DNA of 64,000 nt from the human T2T-CHM13v2.0 reference genome, Homo sapiens. Location of the stretch: NCBI GenBank assembly GCA_009914755.4, contig CP086569.2, positions 15,360,001 through 15,424,000 of the forward strand, given 5' to 3'. This document shows, one piece after another, positions 52,142 to 62,515 of this stretch. The notes under the pieces are model-generated. The model saw only the letters and a program-made list of their open reading frames with translations, ran no database searches and was not told the DNA's origin. A program made the position numbers and the translations under genes. The first letter of the stretch is position 1. The number at the start of each line of letters is the position of its first letter.

Positions 52142-53395
52142 TTAGAGGTGACGGTGTGCTGGCAGTCCTCACAGCCCTCGGTCGCTCTTGGCACCTCCTC
52201 TGCCTGGCTCCCACTTTGTTGGCACTTGAGGAGCCTTTCTGGGCTGGCCAAGGCCACAGCCCTCTCCCTTAGCTTGCAGGGATGTGTGGAGGGAGAGGTG
52301 GGAGCTGGAACAGGGGCTGTGCACCAGCTGAAGTTTCCGGTGGGCGTGGGCTTGGTGGGCCCAGCACTGGCAGTGGCCGGCTGGCCCTACCGGCCCGGGC
52401 AGTGAGGGACTTAGCACTCGGGCAAGCGGCTGTGGAGAGTGTACTGGGTTCCCCAGCAGTGCCAGCCCACCAGTGCTGTGCTCAATTTCTCACTGGGCCT
52501 TAGCTGCCTTCCCACGGGGCAGGGCTCAGGACCTGCAGCCCACCATGCCTGAGCCTCCCATCCCCTCCATGGGCTCCTGTGCAGCCCGAGCCTCCCCGAC
52601 TAGTGCCACCCCCTGCTCCAGGGCACCCAGTCCCACTGACCACCCAACAGCTGCGAAGTGCAGGCGCATGGCGCGGTACTGGCAGGCAGCTCCACCTGCA
52701 GCCCTGGTGCTGGATCAACTGGGTGAAGCCAGCTGGGCTCCTGAGTCTGGTGGGGCCTTGGAGAACCTTTATGTCTAGCTCAGGGATTGTAAGTACACCA
52801 ATCGGCACTCTATATCTAGCTCAAGGTTTGTAAACACACCAATCAGCACCCTGTGTCTAGCTCAGGGTTTGTGAGTGCACCAATCAACACTCTGTGTCTA
52901 ACTACTCTGGTGGGGCCTTGGAGAACCTTTATGTCGACACTCTGTATCTAGCTAATCTGGTGGGGAAGTGGAGAACCTTTGTGTCTAGCTCAGGGACTGC
53001 AAACGCACCAATCAGCACCCTGTCAAAGCAGACCACTGGGCTCTACCAATCGGCAGGATGTGGGTGGGGCCAGGTAAGAGGATAAAAGCAGGCTGCCTGA
53101 GCCAGCAGTGGCAACGCAGTTGGGTCCCCTTCCACACTGTGGAAGCTTTGTTCCTTTGCTCCTTGCAATAAATCTTGCTACTGCTCACTCTTTGGGTCCA
53201 CACTGCTTTTATGAGCTGTAACCCTCACTGCGAAGGTCTTTAGCTTCACTCCTGAAGCCAGCAAGAACACGAGCCCACCAGGAGGAATGAACAACTCTGG
53301 ACACGCCACCTTTAAGAACTGTGACACTCACTGTGAGGGTCCACGGCTTCATTCTTGAAGTCAGTGAGACCAAGAACCCACCAATTCCGGACACA
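52142..53395 (+). promoter_or_regulatory. 5' LTR (LTR12/ERV9-type) with U3 CCAAT-box tandem repeats, TATA-like ataaaag and AATAAA
   Basis: U3 repeats …tctagctcagggattgtaagtacaccaatcggcac / …caccaatcagcac / …caccaatcaacac / …caccaatcagcac / …taccaatcggcagg (5 CCAAT motifs, 52790-53055); ggataaaagcaggctg; cttgcaataaatcttgc; GC/CpG-rich 5' part of U3 (52150-52750). Confidence 0.75.
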
Positions 53396-53398
53396 TTT

Positions 53399-53416
53399 TG
53401 GTGACCCAGATGGGAC
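53399..53416 (+). other. Putative tRNA primer-binding site of the provirus
   Basis: tggtgacccagatgggac 3 nt downstream of the LTR terminal …ggacaca; 14/18 to tRNA-Arg-type (TGGCGACCACGAAGGGAC) and to tRNA-Trp-type PBS. The tRNA identity is not resolved. Confidence 0.5.
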
Positions 53417-54478
53417 TTTCGCCTATCGCCAAGCAGTGAGACAATCACCTATCGCCAAGCAGTGAGTACCATTGGACCCCTTTCGCTTGCTATTCTGTCC
53501 TATTTTTCCTTAGAATTTGGGGGCTAAATACCGGGCACCTGTCGGCCAGTTAAAAGCGACTAGCACGGCCGCCAGACTAAAGACACGGGTGTCAGGCTTT
53601 CTGGGAAAGGGCTCTCTAACAACCCCTGACTCTTCAGAGTTGGGACCGTTGGTTTGCCTAGAACCAGATTCCACTTTTCCTGTACTTCTGAGCTGAGCCA
53701 AGGGTCAAAAGAGAGGGAAGCCATGCAGCTCCAGGGTCCTGACAAGTTGGTTGACCCTTGGGTCATGAGAGGAACTCTCAAAGGCATGTGGCCTAAGTGA
53801 GACTTGCCCATCTATCCTATCTATCCTGACCCTTGCCCCCCGGGTCCTAATGCCTGCCAGATAAACTTACTCTCATCTCTCTTCTCTGAGGTTAGACCCA
53901 CTTCTAAAAATTCCTACCTGTCTCTGGTGTTTTCTAGTTTCTCCTATAAGAATGATTTCTAGTATAAACTCCAGGACTCTGTCCCTTCTTTAGGCACCCG
54001 GGCTAACCAATCAGAAAGACAGAATTTTTGCCCAAAGCCCCATCATAGTGGGGACTACTTGGAATTTTAGGATCCCTCCTCAGACTAACAGACCTAACAA
54101 AATCTGTTCCTGAAGCTAGGATATGAGGAGCCTCAGAAATTGTATCCTTCCTATTCATATGCGTGAGGACAAAAGGAAGCACTCCTCCGACTCTGGAGAT
54201 CCCTTCCCTCCCTCAGGGTATGGCCCTCCACTTCATTTTGGGGGCATAACTTCTTTATACCACAGGGGTAAAGTCCCAATACTAACAGGAGAATGTTTAG
54301 GACTCTAACAGGTTTTTGAGAATGTGTTGGTAAGGGCCACTAAATCTGATTTTTCTCGGTTGGTCCTCCTTGTGGTCTTGGAGGACAGGCAAGGGTGCAC
54401 ATTTTCAAGAATGCGTCAGTAAGGACCACTAAATCAGACCTTCCTCAGTCCTCCCTGTGGTCTGGGAGGAAAACTAGT

Positions 54479-54627
54479 GTTTCTGCTGCTGCGTCGGTGA
54501 GCACAACTATTCTGATCAGCAGGGTCCAGGGACCGTTGAGGGTTCTTGGGCAGGGGTTGTTTCTGCTGCTGCGTCAGTGAGTGCAACTGTTCTGATCAGC
54601 AGGGTCCAGGGACTGTTGCGTGTTCTT
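54479..54627 (+). repeat. Tandem duplication (~70 bp x2) in the proviral 5' leader
   Basis: gtttctgctgctgcgtcggtgagcacaactattctgatcagcagggtccagggaccgttgagggttcttgggcaggg / gttgtttctgctgctgcgtcagtgagtgcaactgttctgatcagcagggtccagggactgttgcgtgttcttgggcaggg. Confidence 0.85.
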
Positions 54628-54659
54628 GGGCAGGGAGAGAAACAAAACAAACCAAAACC

Positions 54660-56180
54660 ATGGGCGGTTTTGTCTTTCAGATGGGAAACACTCAGGCATC
54701 AACAGGCTCACCTTGAAATGCATCCTAAGCCATTGGGACCAATTTGACCCACAAACCCTGAAAAAGAGGTGGCTCATTTATTTCTGCACTATGGCTTGGC
54801 CCCAATATTCTCTTTCTGATGGGGAAATATGGCCACCTGAGGGAAGTACAAATTACAATATTATCCTGCAGCTTGACCTTTTCTGTAAAAGGGAAGGCAA
54901 ATGGAGTGAAATACCTTATGTCCAAGCTTTCTTTTCATTGAGAGAGAATACACAACTATGCAAACCTTGCAATTTACATCCCACAGGAGGACCTCTCAGC
55001 TTACCCCCATATCATAGCCTCCCTATAGCTCCCCTTCCTATTAATGATACTCCTCCTCTAATCTCCCCTGCCCAGAAGGAAATAAGCAAAGAAATCTCTA
55101 AAGGTCCACAAACCCCCCTGGATAATTTGTTATGTCCCCTTCAAGCTGTAGGGGGAAGGGAATTTGGCCCAACCTGGGTACCTGTCCCCTTCTCCCTCTC
55201 TGACTTAAAACAGATCAAGGCAGACCTCGGGAAGTTTTCAGATGATCGTGATAGGTACATAGATGTCCTACAGGGTCTAGGGCAATCCTTTGACCTTGCT
55301 TAGAGAGTTGCGATACTACTGTTAGATCAAATCCTGGCCTTTAATGAAAAGAATGCGGCTTTAGCTGCAGCGCGAGAGTTGGGAGGTACCTGGTATCTTA
55401 GTCAAGTAAATGATAGAATGACAGCAGAAGAAAGGGACAGATTCCCTCCTGGTCAGCAAGCCATCCCCAGTATGGATCCCCACTGGGACCTTGACTCAGA
55501 TCATGGGGACTGGAGTCATAAACATCTGTTGACCTGTTTTAGAAGGACTAAGAAGAATTAGAAAAAAGCCCATGAATTATTCAATGATATCCACCATAAC
55601 TCAGGGAAAGGAAGAAAATCCTTCTGCCTTCCTTGAGCGGCTACGAGAGGCCTTAAGAAAATATACTCCCCTGTCACCCAAATCACTGGAGGGTCAATTG
55701 ATTCTAAAAGATAAGTTTATTACCCAATCAACTGCAGATATCAGGAGAAAGCTCCAAAAGCAAGCCCTGGGCCCTGAACAAAATCTAGAGACATTATTAA
55801 ACCTGGCAACCTTCGTGTTCTATAATAGGGACCAAGAGGAACAGGCCCAAAAGGAAAAGCAAGATCAGAGAAAGGCTGCAGCCTTAGTTATGGCCCTCAG
55901 ACAAACAAATATTGATGGTTCAGAGAGGACAGAAACAGAGCAGGCCAATCACCTGGAAGGGCTTCTTATCAGTGTGGTTTACTAGGACACTTAAAAAAAG
56001 ATTGTCCAATGAGAAACAAGCTGCCCCCTTGTCCATGTCCACTATGAAGAGGCAATCACTGGAAGGTGCACTGCCCCAGAGGACGAAGGTTCCCTGGGTC
56101 AGAAGCCCCCAACCAGATGATCCAACAACAGGACTGAGGGTGCCTGGGGCAAGTGCCAGCTCATGTCATCACCGTCACTG
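54660..56180 (+). pseudogene. ERV gag (MA-p12-CA-NC) remnant, with frameshift near the start and internal stops
   Basis: atgggcggt… then frame-shifted …[76 protein letters not shown]… (HERV-W/ERV9-like MA); CA …LERLREALRKYTPLSPKSLEGQLILKDKFITQSTADIRRKLQK…LLNLATFVFYNRDQEEQAQKEKQDQRKAAALVMAL; NC-like …LGHLKKDCPMRNK. Confidence 0.8.
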
Positions 56181-56760
56181 AGCCCCGGGTATGTTTAACT
56201 AGTGAGGGCCAGGAAATTGACTTCCTCTTGGACACTGGCGCGGCCTTCTCAGTGTTAATCTCCTGTCCTGGATGACTGTCCTCAAGGTCCATTACCATCT
56301 GAGCAATCCTGAGACAGCCTGTAACCAGGAATTTTTCCCACCTTCTCAGTTGTAATTGGGAGACTTTGCTCTTTTCGTATGCATTTCTTGTAGTGTCTGA
56401 AAGTCCCACACCCTTATTAGGGAGGGATATATTAGCCAAGGCTGAAGCTATTATCTACATGAATATGGGGAACAAGTTACCCATTTGTTGTCCTCTACTT
56501 GAGGAGGGAATCAACCCTCAAGTATGGACATTGGAAGGACAATTTGGAAGGACAAAAAATGCCCACCCAGTCCAAATCAGGTTAAAAGAGCCCACCACTT
56601 TTCCTTATCAAAGGCAAGATCCCTTAAGGCCTGAAGCTCATAACAGATTACAGAATATTGTTAAACATTTGAAAGCTCAAGGCTTAGTGAGGAAATGCAG
56701 CAGTCCCTGCAACACCCCAATTCTAGGAGTACAAAAACCGAATGGTCAGTGAAGACTAGT
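56170..56760 (+). pseudogene. ERV protease remnant
   Basis: …ITVTEPRVCLTSEGQEIDFLLDTGAAFSVLISCPG… (aspartyl protease DTGA) …SPTPLLGRDILAKAEAIIYMNMG…ILGVQKPNGQ then stop. Confidence 0.75.
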
Positions 56761-58440
56761 GCAAGTTCTTAGACTTGCCATTGAGGCAGTAATTCCACTA
56801 TATCCAGTTGTACCCAACCCCTATACCCTGCTCTCTCAAATACCAGCAGAAGCAGAATGGTTCACAGTTCTGGACCTCAAGGATGCTTTCTTCTGTATTC
56901 CCCTGCACTGTGACTCCCAGTTTCTCTTTGCTTTCAAGGATCCCACAGACCACACTTCCCAACTTACATGGACGGTCTTGCCTCAGGGGTTTAGGGATAG
57001 CCCTCATCTGTTTGGTCAGGCTCTGGCCCAAGATCTAGGCCACTTCTCAAGTCCAGGCACTCTGATCCTTCAATATGTGGATGATTTACTTTTAGCTACC
57101 AGTTTGGAAGCCTTGTGCCAGAAAGCTACTCTAGATCTCTTGAACTTTCTAGCTAATCAAGGGTACAAGGTGTCTAGGTTGAAGGCCCAGCTTTGCCTAC
57201 AGCAGGTCAAATATCTAGGCCTAATCTTAGCCAGAGGGACCAGAGCCCTAAGCAAGGAATGAATACAACCTATACTGGCTTATCCTTGCCCTAAGACATT
57301 AAAACAGTTGAGGGGGTTCCTTGGAATTACCGGCTTTTGCTGACTATGGATCCCTGGATATAGCGAGATAGCCAGGCCCCTCTATACTCTAATCAAGGAA
57401 ACCCAGAGGGCAAATACTCATCTAGTTGTATCGGAACCAGAGGCAGTAATCCCTTCGAAACCTTAAAGCAGGCCCTAGTACACGCTCCAGCTTTAAGCCT
57501 TCCCATAGGACAGAACTTCTCTTTATACATCACAGAGAGAGCCGGGATAGCTCTTGGAGACCTTACTCAGACTTGTGGGACAACCCCACAACCAGTGGCA
57601 TACTTAAGTAAGGAAATTGATGTAGTAGCAAAAGGCTGGCCTCACTGTTTAAGAGTAGTTGCAGCAGTGGCCATCTTAGTGTCAGAGGCTATCAAAATAA
57701 TGCAAGGAAAGGATCTCACTGTCTGGACTACTCATGATGTAAATGGCATACTAGGTGCCAAAGGAAGTTTATGGCTATCAGACAACCACCTACTAAGATA
57801 CCAGGCACTACTCCTTGAGGGACTGGTGCTTCAAATATGCACTTGCGTGGCCCTCAACACTGCCACTTTTCTCCCAGAGGATGGGGAACCAATTGAGCAT
57901 GACTGCCAACAAATTATAGTCCAGACTTACGCCACCCGAGATGATCTCTTGGAAGTCCCCTTAACTAATCCTGACCTTAATCTATATACCGATGGAAGTT
58001 CAGTTGTGGAGAATGGGATACGAAGGGCAGGTTATGCAATAGTTAGTGATGTAACTATACTTGAAAGTAAGCCTCTTGTCCCAGGGACAAGTGCCCAGTT
58101 AGCAGAACTAGTGGCACTTACCCGAGCCTTAGAACTGGGAAAGGGAAAAATAATAAATGTGTATACAGATAGCAAGTATGCTTATCTAATCCTACATGCC
58201 CATGCTGCAATATGGAAAGAATGGGAGTTCTTAACCTCTGGGAACCCCCACGGATGCCACAGGGAAGTTATGGAGTTATTGCACATGGTGCAGGAAACAA
58301 AAGAGGTGGGAGTCTTACACTACCAAAGCCATCAGAATGGGAAGGAGAGGGGAGAACAGCAGCGTAAGCAGCTGGCAGAGGTAGGGAAAGACCAGCAAGA
58401 AGGAAAGAGAGAAAGAGAAAGTCAGAGAAAGAGATAGAGA
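56759..58440 (+). pseudogene. ERV pol remnant: reverse transcriptase plus RNase H, disrupted; integrase absent
   Basis: ORF 56759-57262 …LLSQIPAEAEWFTVLDLKDAFFCIPL…LPQGFRDSPHLFGQALAQDL…LILQYVDDLLLA…; ORF 57595-58437 …AYLSKEIDVVAKGWPHCLRVVAAVAILV…LNLYTDGSSVVENGIRRAGYAIV…AELVALTRALELGKGKIINVYTDSKYAYLILHAHAAIWKEWEFLTSG; stops in between. Confidence 0.85.
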
Positions 58441-58560
58441 GAGGAAGAGACAAAGAAGAAGTCAGAGAGAAAGAGGGACAGACACAGAAAGTTAGAGAGT
58501 TAAAAAGAGAGGAAGAGACAAAGAAGAAGTCAAAGAGAGAGACGGTATTAAAGAAAAAAC
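58380..58560. repeat. GA-rich imperfect tandem repeat (unit ~ agagaaag/agagagga) at the site of the integrase + env-SU deletion
   Basis: agaaagagaaagtcagagaaagagatagagagaggaagagacaaagaagaagtcagagagaaagagggacagacacagaaagttagagagttaaaaagagaggaagagacaaagaagaagtcaaagagagagacgg; an ~84-bp unit is duplicated. Confidence 0.85.
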
Positions 58561-58561
58561 A

Positions 58562-59095
58562 GTGTACCCTATTCCTTTAAAAGCCAGGGTAAATGTCTAC
58601 CCACTCCGCCTAGGCATATTCTACTTATGTGGATCTTCAACCCATATCTGTCTCTCAGACAGTTTGCAAGAAATAATGAAATCTATTCTTACTTTACAAT
58701 CCCAAATAGACTCTTTGGCAGTAGTGACTCTCCAAAACTGCCGAGGCCTAGACCTCACTGCTGAGAAAAGAGGACTCCTCACCTTTTCAGGGGAAGAGTG
58801 TTATTTTTACACTAACTAGTTGGGGATAGTATGAGATGCCACCTGGTGTTTACAGGAAAAGGCTTCTGAAATCAGACAATGCCTTTCAAATTCTTATATC
58901 AACCTCTGGAGTTGGGCAACATGGCTTCTCCCCTTTCTAGGTCCTGTGGCAGCCATCTTGCTGTTACTTGCCTTTGGGCCCTGTATTTTTAACCTTCTTG
59001 TCAAATTTGTTTCGTCTAGAATCAAGGCCGTCAAGCTACAGATGGCCTTACACATGGAACCCAAAATGAGTTCAACCAACAAGTTCTACTGAGAA
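58562..59095 (+). pseudogene. ERV env transmembrane-subunit remnant (immunosuppressive-domain region and C-terminal membrane anchor)
   Basis: ORF 58562-58819 …LQSQIDSLAVVTLQNCRGLDLTAEKRGLLTFSGEECYFYTN; downstream …WLLPFLGPVAAILLLLAFGPCIFNLLVKFVSSRIKAVKLQMALHMEPKMSSTNKFY stop (syncytin/HERV-W-like TM tail). Confidence 0.75.
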
Positions 59096-59254
59096 CCCCT
59101 GGACCGACCTGCTGGCACTTCCCCTGGCCTAGAGAGTTCCCCTGTGAGGGACACTACAACTTCAGGGCCCCTTCTTCACCCCTATCCAGCAGGAAGTAGC
59201 TAGAGCAGTCATTGGCCAAATTCCCAACAGCAGTTGGGGTGTCCTGTTTAGAGG

Positions 59255-60551
59255 GGGGATTGAGAGGTGTTAGCCTGCTGGCAGTCCTCACAGCCCTCAC
59301 TCACTCTCGGCACCTCCTCTGCTTGGGATCCCACTTTGGTGGCACTTGAGGAGCCCTTCAGCCCACGCTGCACTGTGGGAACCCCTTTCTGGGCTGGCCA
59401 AGGCTGGAGCCCACTCCCTCAGCTTGCAGGGAGGTGTGGAGGGGGAGGCGTGAGTGGGAACTGGGGCTGCATGTGGCACTTGCAGGCCAGCTGGAATTCC
59501 AGGTGAGCGTGGGCTTGGTGGGCCCTGCACTCAGAGCAGCCGGCTGGCCCTGCCGGCCCCGGGCAATGAGGGACATAGCATCTGGGCTAGCGGCTGCGGA
59601 GGGTGTACTGGGTCCCCCAGCAGTGCCAGCCCACCGGTGCTGTGCTCGATTTCTCACCAGGCCTCAGCTGCCTTCCTCTGGGGCAGGGCTCTGGACTTGC
59701 AGCCCACCATGCCTGAGCCTCCTATCCCCTCCATGGGCTCCTGTGCGGCCCGAGCCTCCCCAACGAGTGCCAGCCCTGCTCCACGGCGCCCAGTCCCATC
59801 GACCACCCAAAGGCTGAGGAGTGCAGGTGCATGGCACGGGACTGGCAGGCAGCTCCACCTGCAGCCCCGGTGCTGGATCAACTGGGTGAAGCCATCTGGG
59901 CTCCTGAGTCTGGTGGGGCCTCGGAGAACCTTTATGTCTAGCTCAGGGATTGTAAATACACCAGTTGGCACTCTATCTGTAGCTCAAGGTTTGTAAACAC
60001 ACCAATCAGCGCCCTGTGTCTAGCTCAGGGTTTGTGAGTGCACCAATCGACGCTCTCTATCTAGCTACTCTGGTGGGGCCTTGGGGAACCTTTATCTCGA
60101 CACTCTGTATCTGTATCTAGCTAATCTGGTGGGGACATGGAGAACCTTTGTGTCTAGCTCAGGGATTGAAAACGCACCAATCAGCGCCCTCTCAGACCAC
60201 TGGGCTCTACCAATCAGCAGGATGTGGGTGGGGCCAGATAACAGAATAAAAGCAGGCTGCACGAGCCAGCAGTGGCAACCCGCTCGGGTCCCCTTCTACA
60301 CTGTGGAAGCTTTGTTCTTTTGCTCCTTGCAAAAAATCTTGCTATTGCTCACTCTTTGGGTCCACACTGCTTTTATGAGCTGTAAACCTCACCGCGAAGG
60401 TCTGCAGCTTCACTCCTGAAGCCAGCGAGACCACCGGGAGGAATGAACAACTCCGGACACACCGCCTTTAAGAACTGTAACACTCACCGCGAGGGTCCAC
60501 GGCTTCATTCTTGAAGTCAGGGAGACCAAGAACCCACCAATTCTGGACACA
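59255..60551 (+). promoter_or_regulatory. 3' LTR (LTR12/ERV9-type); CCAAT repeats present; R-region polyadenylation signal mutated
   Basis: Colinear with the 5' LTR; CCAAT motifs at caccaatcagcgc, caccaatcgacgc, caccaatcagcgc, taccaatcagcagg (one copy mutated to caccagttggcac); aataaaagcaggctgc retained; cttgcaaaaaatcttgc (AATAAA -> AAAAAA) at ~60335; preceded by purine tract agagggggga. Confidence 0.75.
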
Positions 60552-60610
60552 CCTGTGAGGTCAGGAGTTTGGGACCAGCCTGGGCAATCTAGTGGGACCC
60601 TGTCTTAATA
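60552..60610 (+). mobile_element. Alu body continuation (consensus ~65-125) immediately 3' of the provirus
   Basis: cctgtgaggtcaggagtttgggaccagcctgggcaatctagtgggaccctgtcttaata vs Alu cacctgaggtcaggagttcgagaccagcctggccaacatggtgaaaccccgtctctactaaaaata. Confidence 0.7.
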
Positions 60611-60689
60611 TTACATTGTTCCTAAATAATTGTGGTTTTTGCCATTAAAAGTAATTGTGAAAACCAAAACTACTTTTGCACGAACTTAA
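60611..60689. mobile_element. MADE1 (Hsmar1-derived mariner MITE), complete 79 bp with TA target duplication
   Basis: ttacattgttcctaaataattgtggtttttgccattaaaagtaattgtgaaaaccaaaactacttttgcacgaacttaa vs MADE1 ttaggttggtgcaaaagtaattgcggtttttgccatta…taatggcaaaaaccgcaattacttttgcaccaacctaa; flanked by ta (60609-10) and ta (60690-91). Confidence 0.7.
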
Positions 60690-60691
60690 TA

Positions 60692-60885
60692 AAAATTATG
60701 AAATAGCTGGGCGTGGTGGCACATGCCTGTAGTCCCCAGCTACCGAGGAAGCTGAGGCAGAAGGATCACTTGAACCCAGGAATTTGAGGTTGCAGTGAGC
60801 TATAATAATGCCTCAACAGAGCAGACTGTCTCTAAAAAAAAAAAAAGAAAAGAAATGAAAACAAAACAAAACAAAACAAAATATG
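60692..60885 (+). mobile_element. Alu right arm + A-rich/(CAAAA)n tail; remainder of the Alu split by MADE1 and the provirus
   Basis: aaatagctgggcgtggtggcacatgcctgtagtccccagctaccgaggaagctgaggcagaaggatcacttgaacccaggaatttgaggttgcagtgagc…aaaaaaaaaaaaagaaaagaaatgaaaacaaaacaaaacaaaacaaaat. Confidence 0.85.
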
Positions 60886-62099
60886 ATGAAGATCCAGAAG
60901 GATGTGCAGCCCATCTCTTTGCCATTCATTACACTTCTGTCTTCATATCTACTTCCTCCATTTTCCACCGGACAAGGTGAAAAAGCATGACCAGTTAGGC
61001 CTCTAAATTTACCTGTTGCCCATCTACTCCTCTAGAGCCACTGTTTGCTGTGTACATGGCTGTGTCCATGGATTGCGGTGTCACAGTTGTGAGACAGATT
61101 TCCAGGGAATGCATATCCATAGTCCAGCTTAGCTTACATGCTCAATCTTGTACCAAGCAACGTGGCCAGAAGATGCAAATCTCTTTGGATAGACCCGGAA
61201 ACTCCTATTTTAACTCTGAGCCTGTATGACCAGATGCCTTGAAGGCCATGCAAATCTGTCCTGCAGGCAAGAGCTTCTCCAATTTCAGCATTTGGTTCAG
61301 CATTTGGTGCAAATCACCAGAGAACATGTTTGACACAGTTGACCTGGGGTGGAGACCCAAAGTTATGCATTTTTAACAGGCTTCCAGGTATTAATAACAC
61401 CCATGATATTAGATCCAGGACTATAATCTGTTTAGCAAAGTACCAAAACTTTAGATCTTTTTGTATATTTGGAGGAAAAGAACAAGTATTGCATGGGTGT
61501 TCTTTACATAATTTTAGTCATGACAATTCCAGGAGAATATTACCAGGCTCCTAATATGCCAGTGCTTTATAACAGATCGATCCTCACTCAAAACAATCCC
61601 ATTTGTATTTATACATATGTTCCATCTGCTCTGTTTCCACTTGTATACATACACAGGTGTGTGTACTTGTAACATGCAATACAGTTTTTGCAATACATTC
61701 CCTCTCTTCTCAATGAATCATACCTGAAAGAAAAACAAAAGGGGTGTTTTTAAAATGATTCCAATACAGGCTTTGAGTTTGAAAGAATAAAAGAGAGCCA
61801 TTGTCTTAGAAATTTTTTGTCAACCTCATTTTATTTCAACTAAAATTTGTAAACCATACTGCATTCACCAGAGAAGGTGTATATGGCTATATGCCTATGT
61901 CTGACACTGGTAATTAAAAAGAGAGAAGCCTGTTTGCTTGAGCTTTGATAAATAAAACATATTGATGCTACCTCTTATTATGTCTTCCCCCTATGTTAAA
62001 TGTTTCTTTTTGAAAATATAGATTATTTGAAGTACAAAGCAAGAAAGCAGGAAGAGAGTGTATGTGCACACACAGAAGAGAGATACAATCAGGCATAAA

Positions 62100-62443
62100 T
62101 CCACCATCCTGGGAATATAAACCCCTCTGTATCATATACATATATATATATACATATAAAAATATAGATATAGATAAATCTCTACATATCAATATATAGA
62201 TATAACTATACATATAGACAGATACATCCATATCTCTATAGATATCTATAGAAGCTACAGATATACATATATATTTCTACAGATATCTACAGATACAGAT
62301 ATCTATAGAGATAGAGGTACAGATATGTATTGAAATACACATAGCAATCTTTATAAACACCTATTATAGAGAGGTAGATGTATGGATCTATATAGATCTA
62401 TCTATCTATATACCTATTTCTAAATCTCTCTCTCTCTCTGTGT

Positions 62444-62505
<62 letters not shown>

Positions 62506-62515
62506 GTACATCAAC
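62100..62515. repeat. Low-complexity (TA)n/(ATAG)n/(TATC)n-rich tract with multiple short palindromes
   Basis: …atatagatatagataaatctctacatatc…ctatagatatctatagaagctacagatatacatatatatttctacagatatctacagatacagatatctatagagatagagg…tatatatatatatatatatatatgtgtatatatatatatatatatg. Confidence 0.85.

Larger units (their letters stand above)
52142..60551 (+). mobile_element. ERV9-like class I (gammaretrovirus-like) endogenous retrovirus provirus: LTR12-type 5' LTR, leader, gag-pro-pol remnants, env mostly deleted, LTR12-type 3' LTR
   Basis: Two ~92-94% identical 1.25-1.3 kb LTRs both ending …caattc(c/t)ggacaca; PBS-like tggtgacccagatgggac 3 nt after 5' LTR; internal ORFs with gag (MA/CA/NC), protease DTGA, RT LDLKDAFF/YVDD, RNase H TDGSS…YTDSKYA, env-TM LQNCRGLDLTAEKRGL motifs. 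Confidence 0.85.

Noticed and set aside
52150-52750. CpG-island-like GC-rich segment as a cellular gene promoter
   Set aside because: It is the 5' part of the LTR12 U3 and is repeated in the 3' LTR at 59260-59900. It is retroviral, not a host CpG-island promoter, though it may still have LTR promoter activity.
52049-52833. Multiple overlapping 80-120-aa ORFs on both strands (and again at 59267-59996)
   Set aside because: They lie in the GC-rich U3 of the LTR12 LTRs; high GC removes stop codons. They are duplicated in both LTRs and have no protein-like composition.
53399-53416. Assigning the PBS to a specific tRNA and thereby the ERV to HERV-W rather than ERV9
   Set aside because: It has 14/18 matches to both Arg-type and Trp-type PBS consensus sequences, so this is inconclusive. 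LTR structure (CCAAT tandem repeats, duplicated U5 motif) favours LTR12/ERV9, but gag/env amino-acid similarity to HERV-W is also high. The two groups are sister lineages.
54620-58437. gag/pol ORFs of the provirus as potentially functional retroviral genes
   Set aside because: gag has a frameshift within the first 20 codons and stops at 55303 and 55561. pol is split into at least three frames with stops. Integrase and env-SU are absent, so there is no coding competence.
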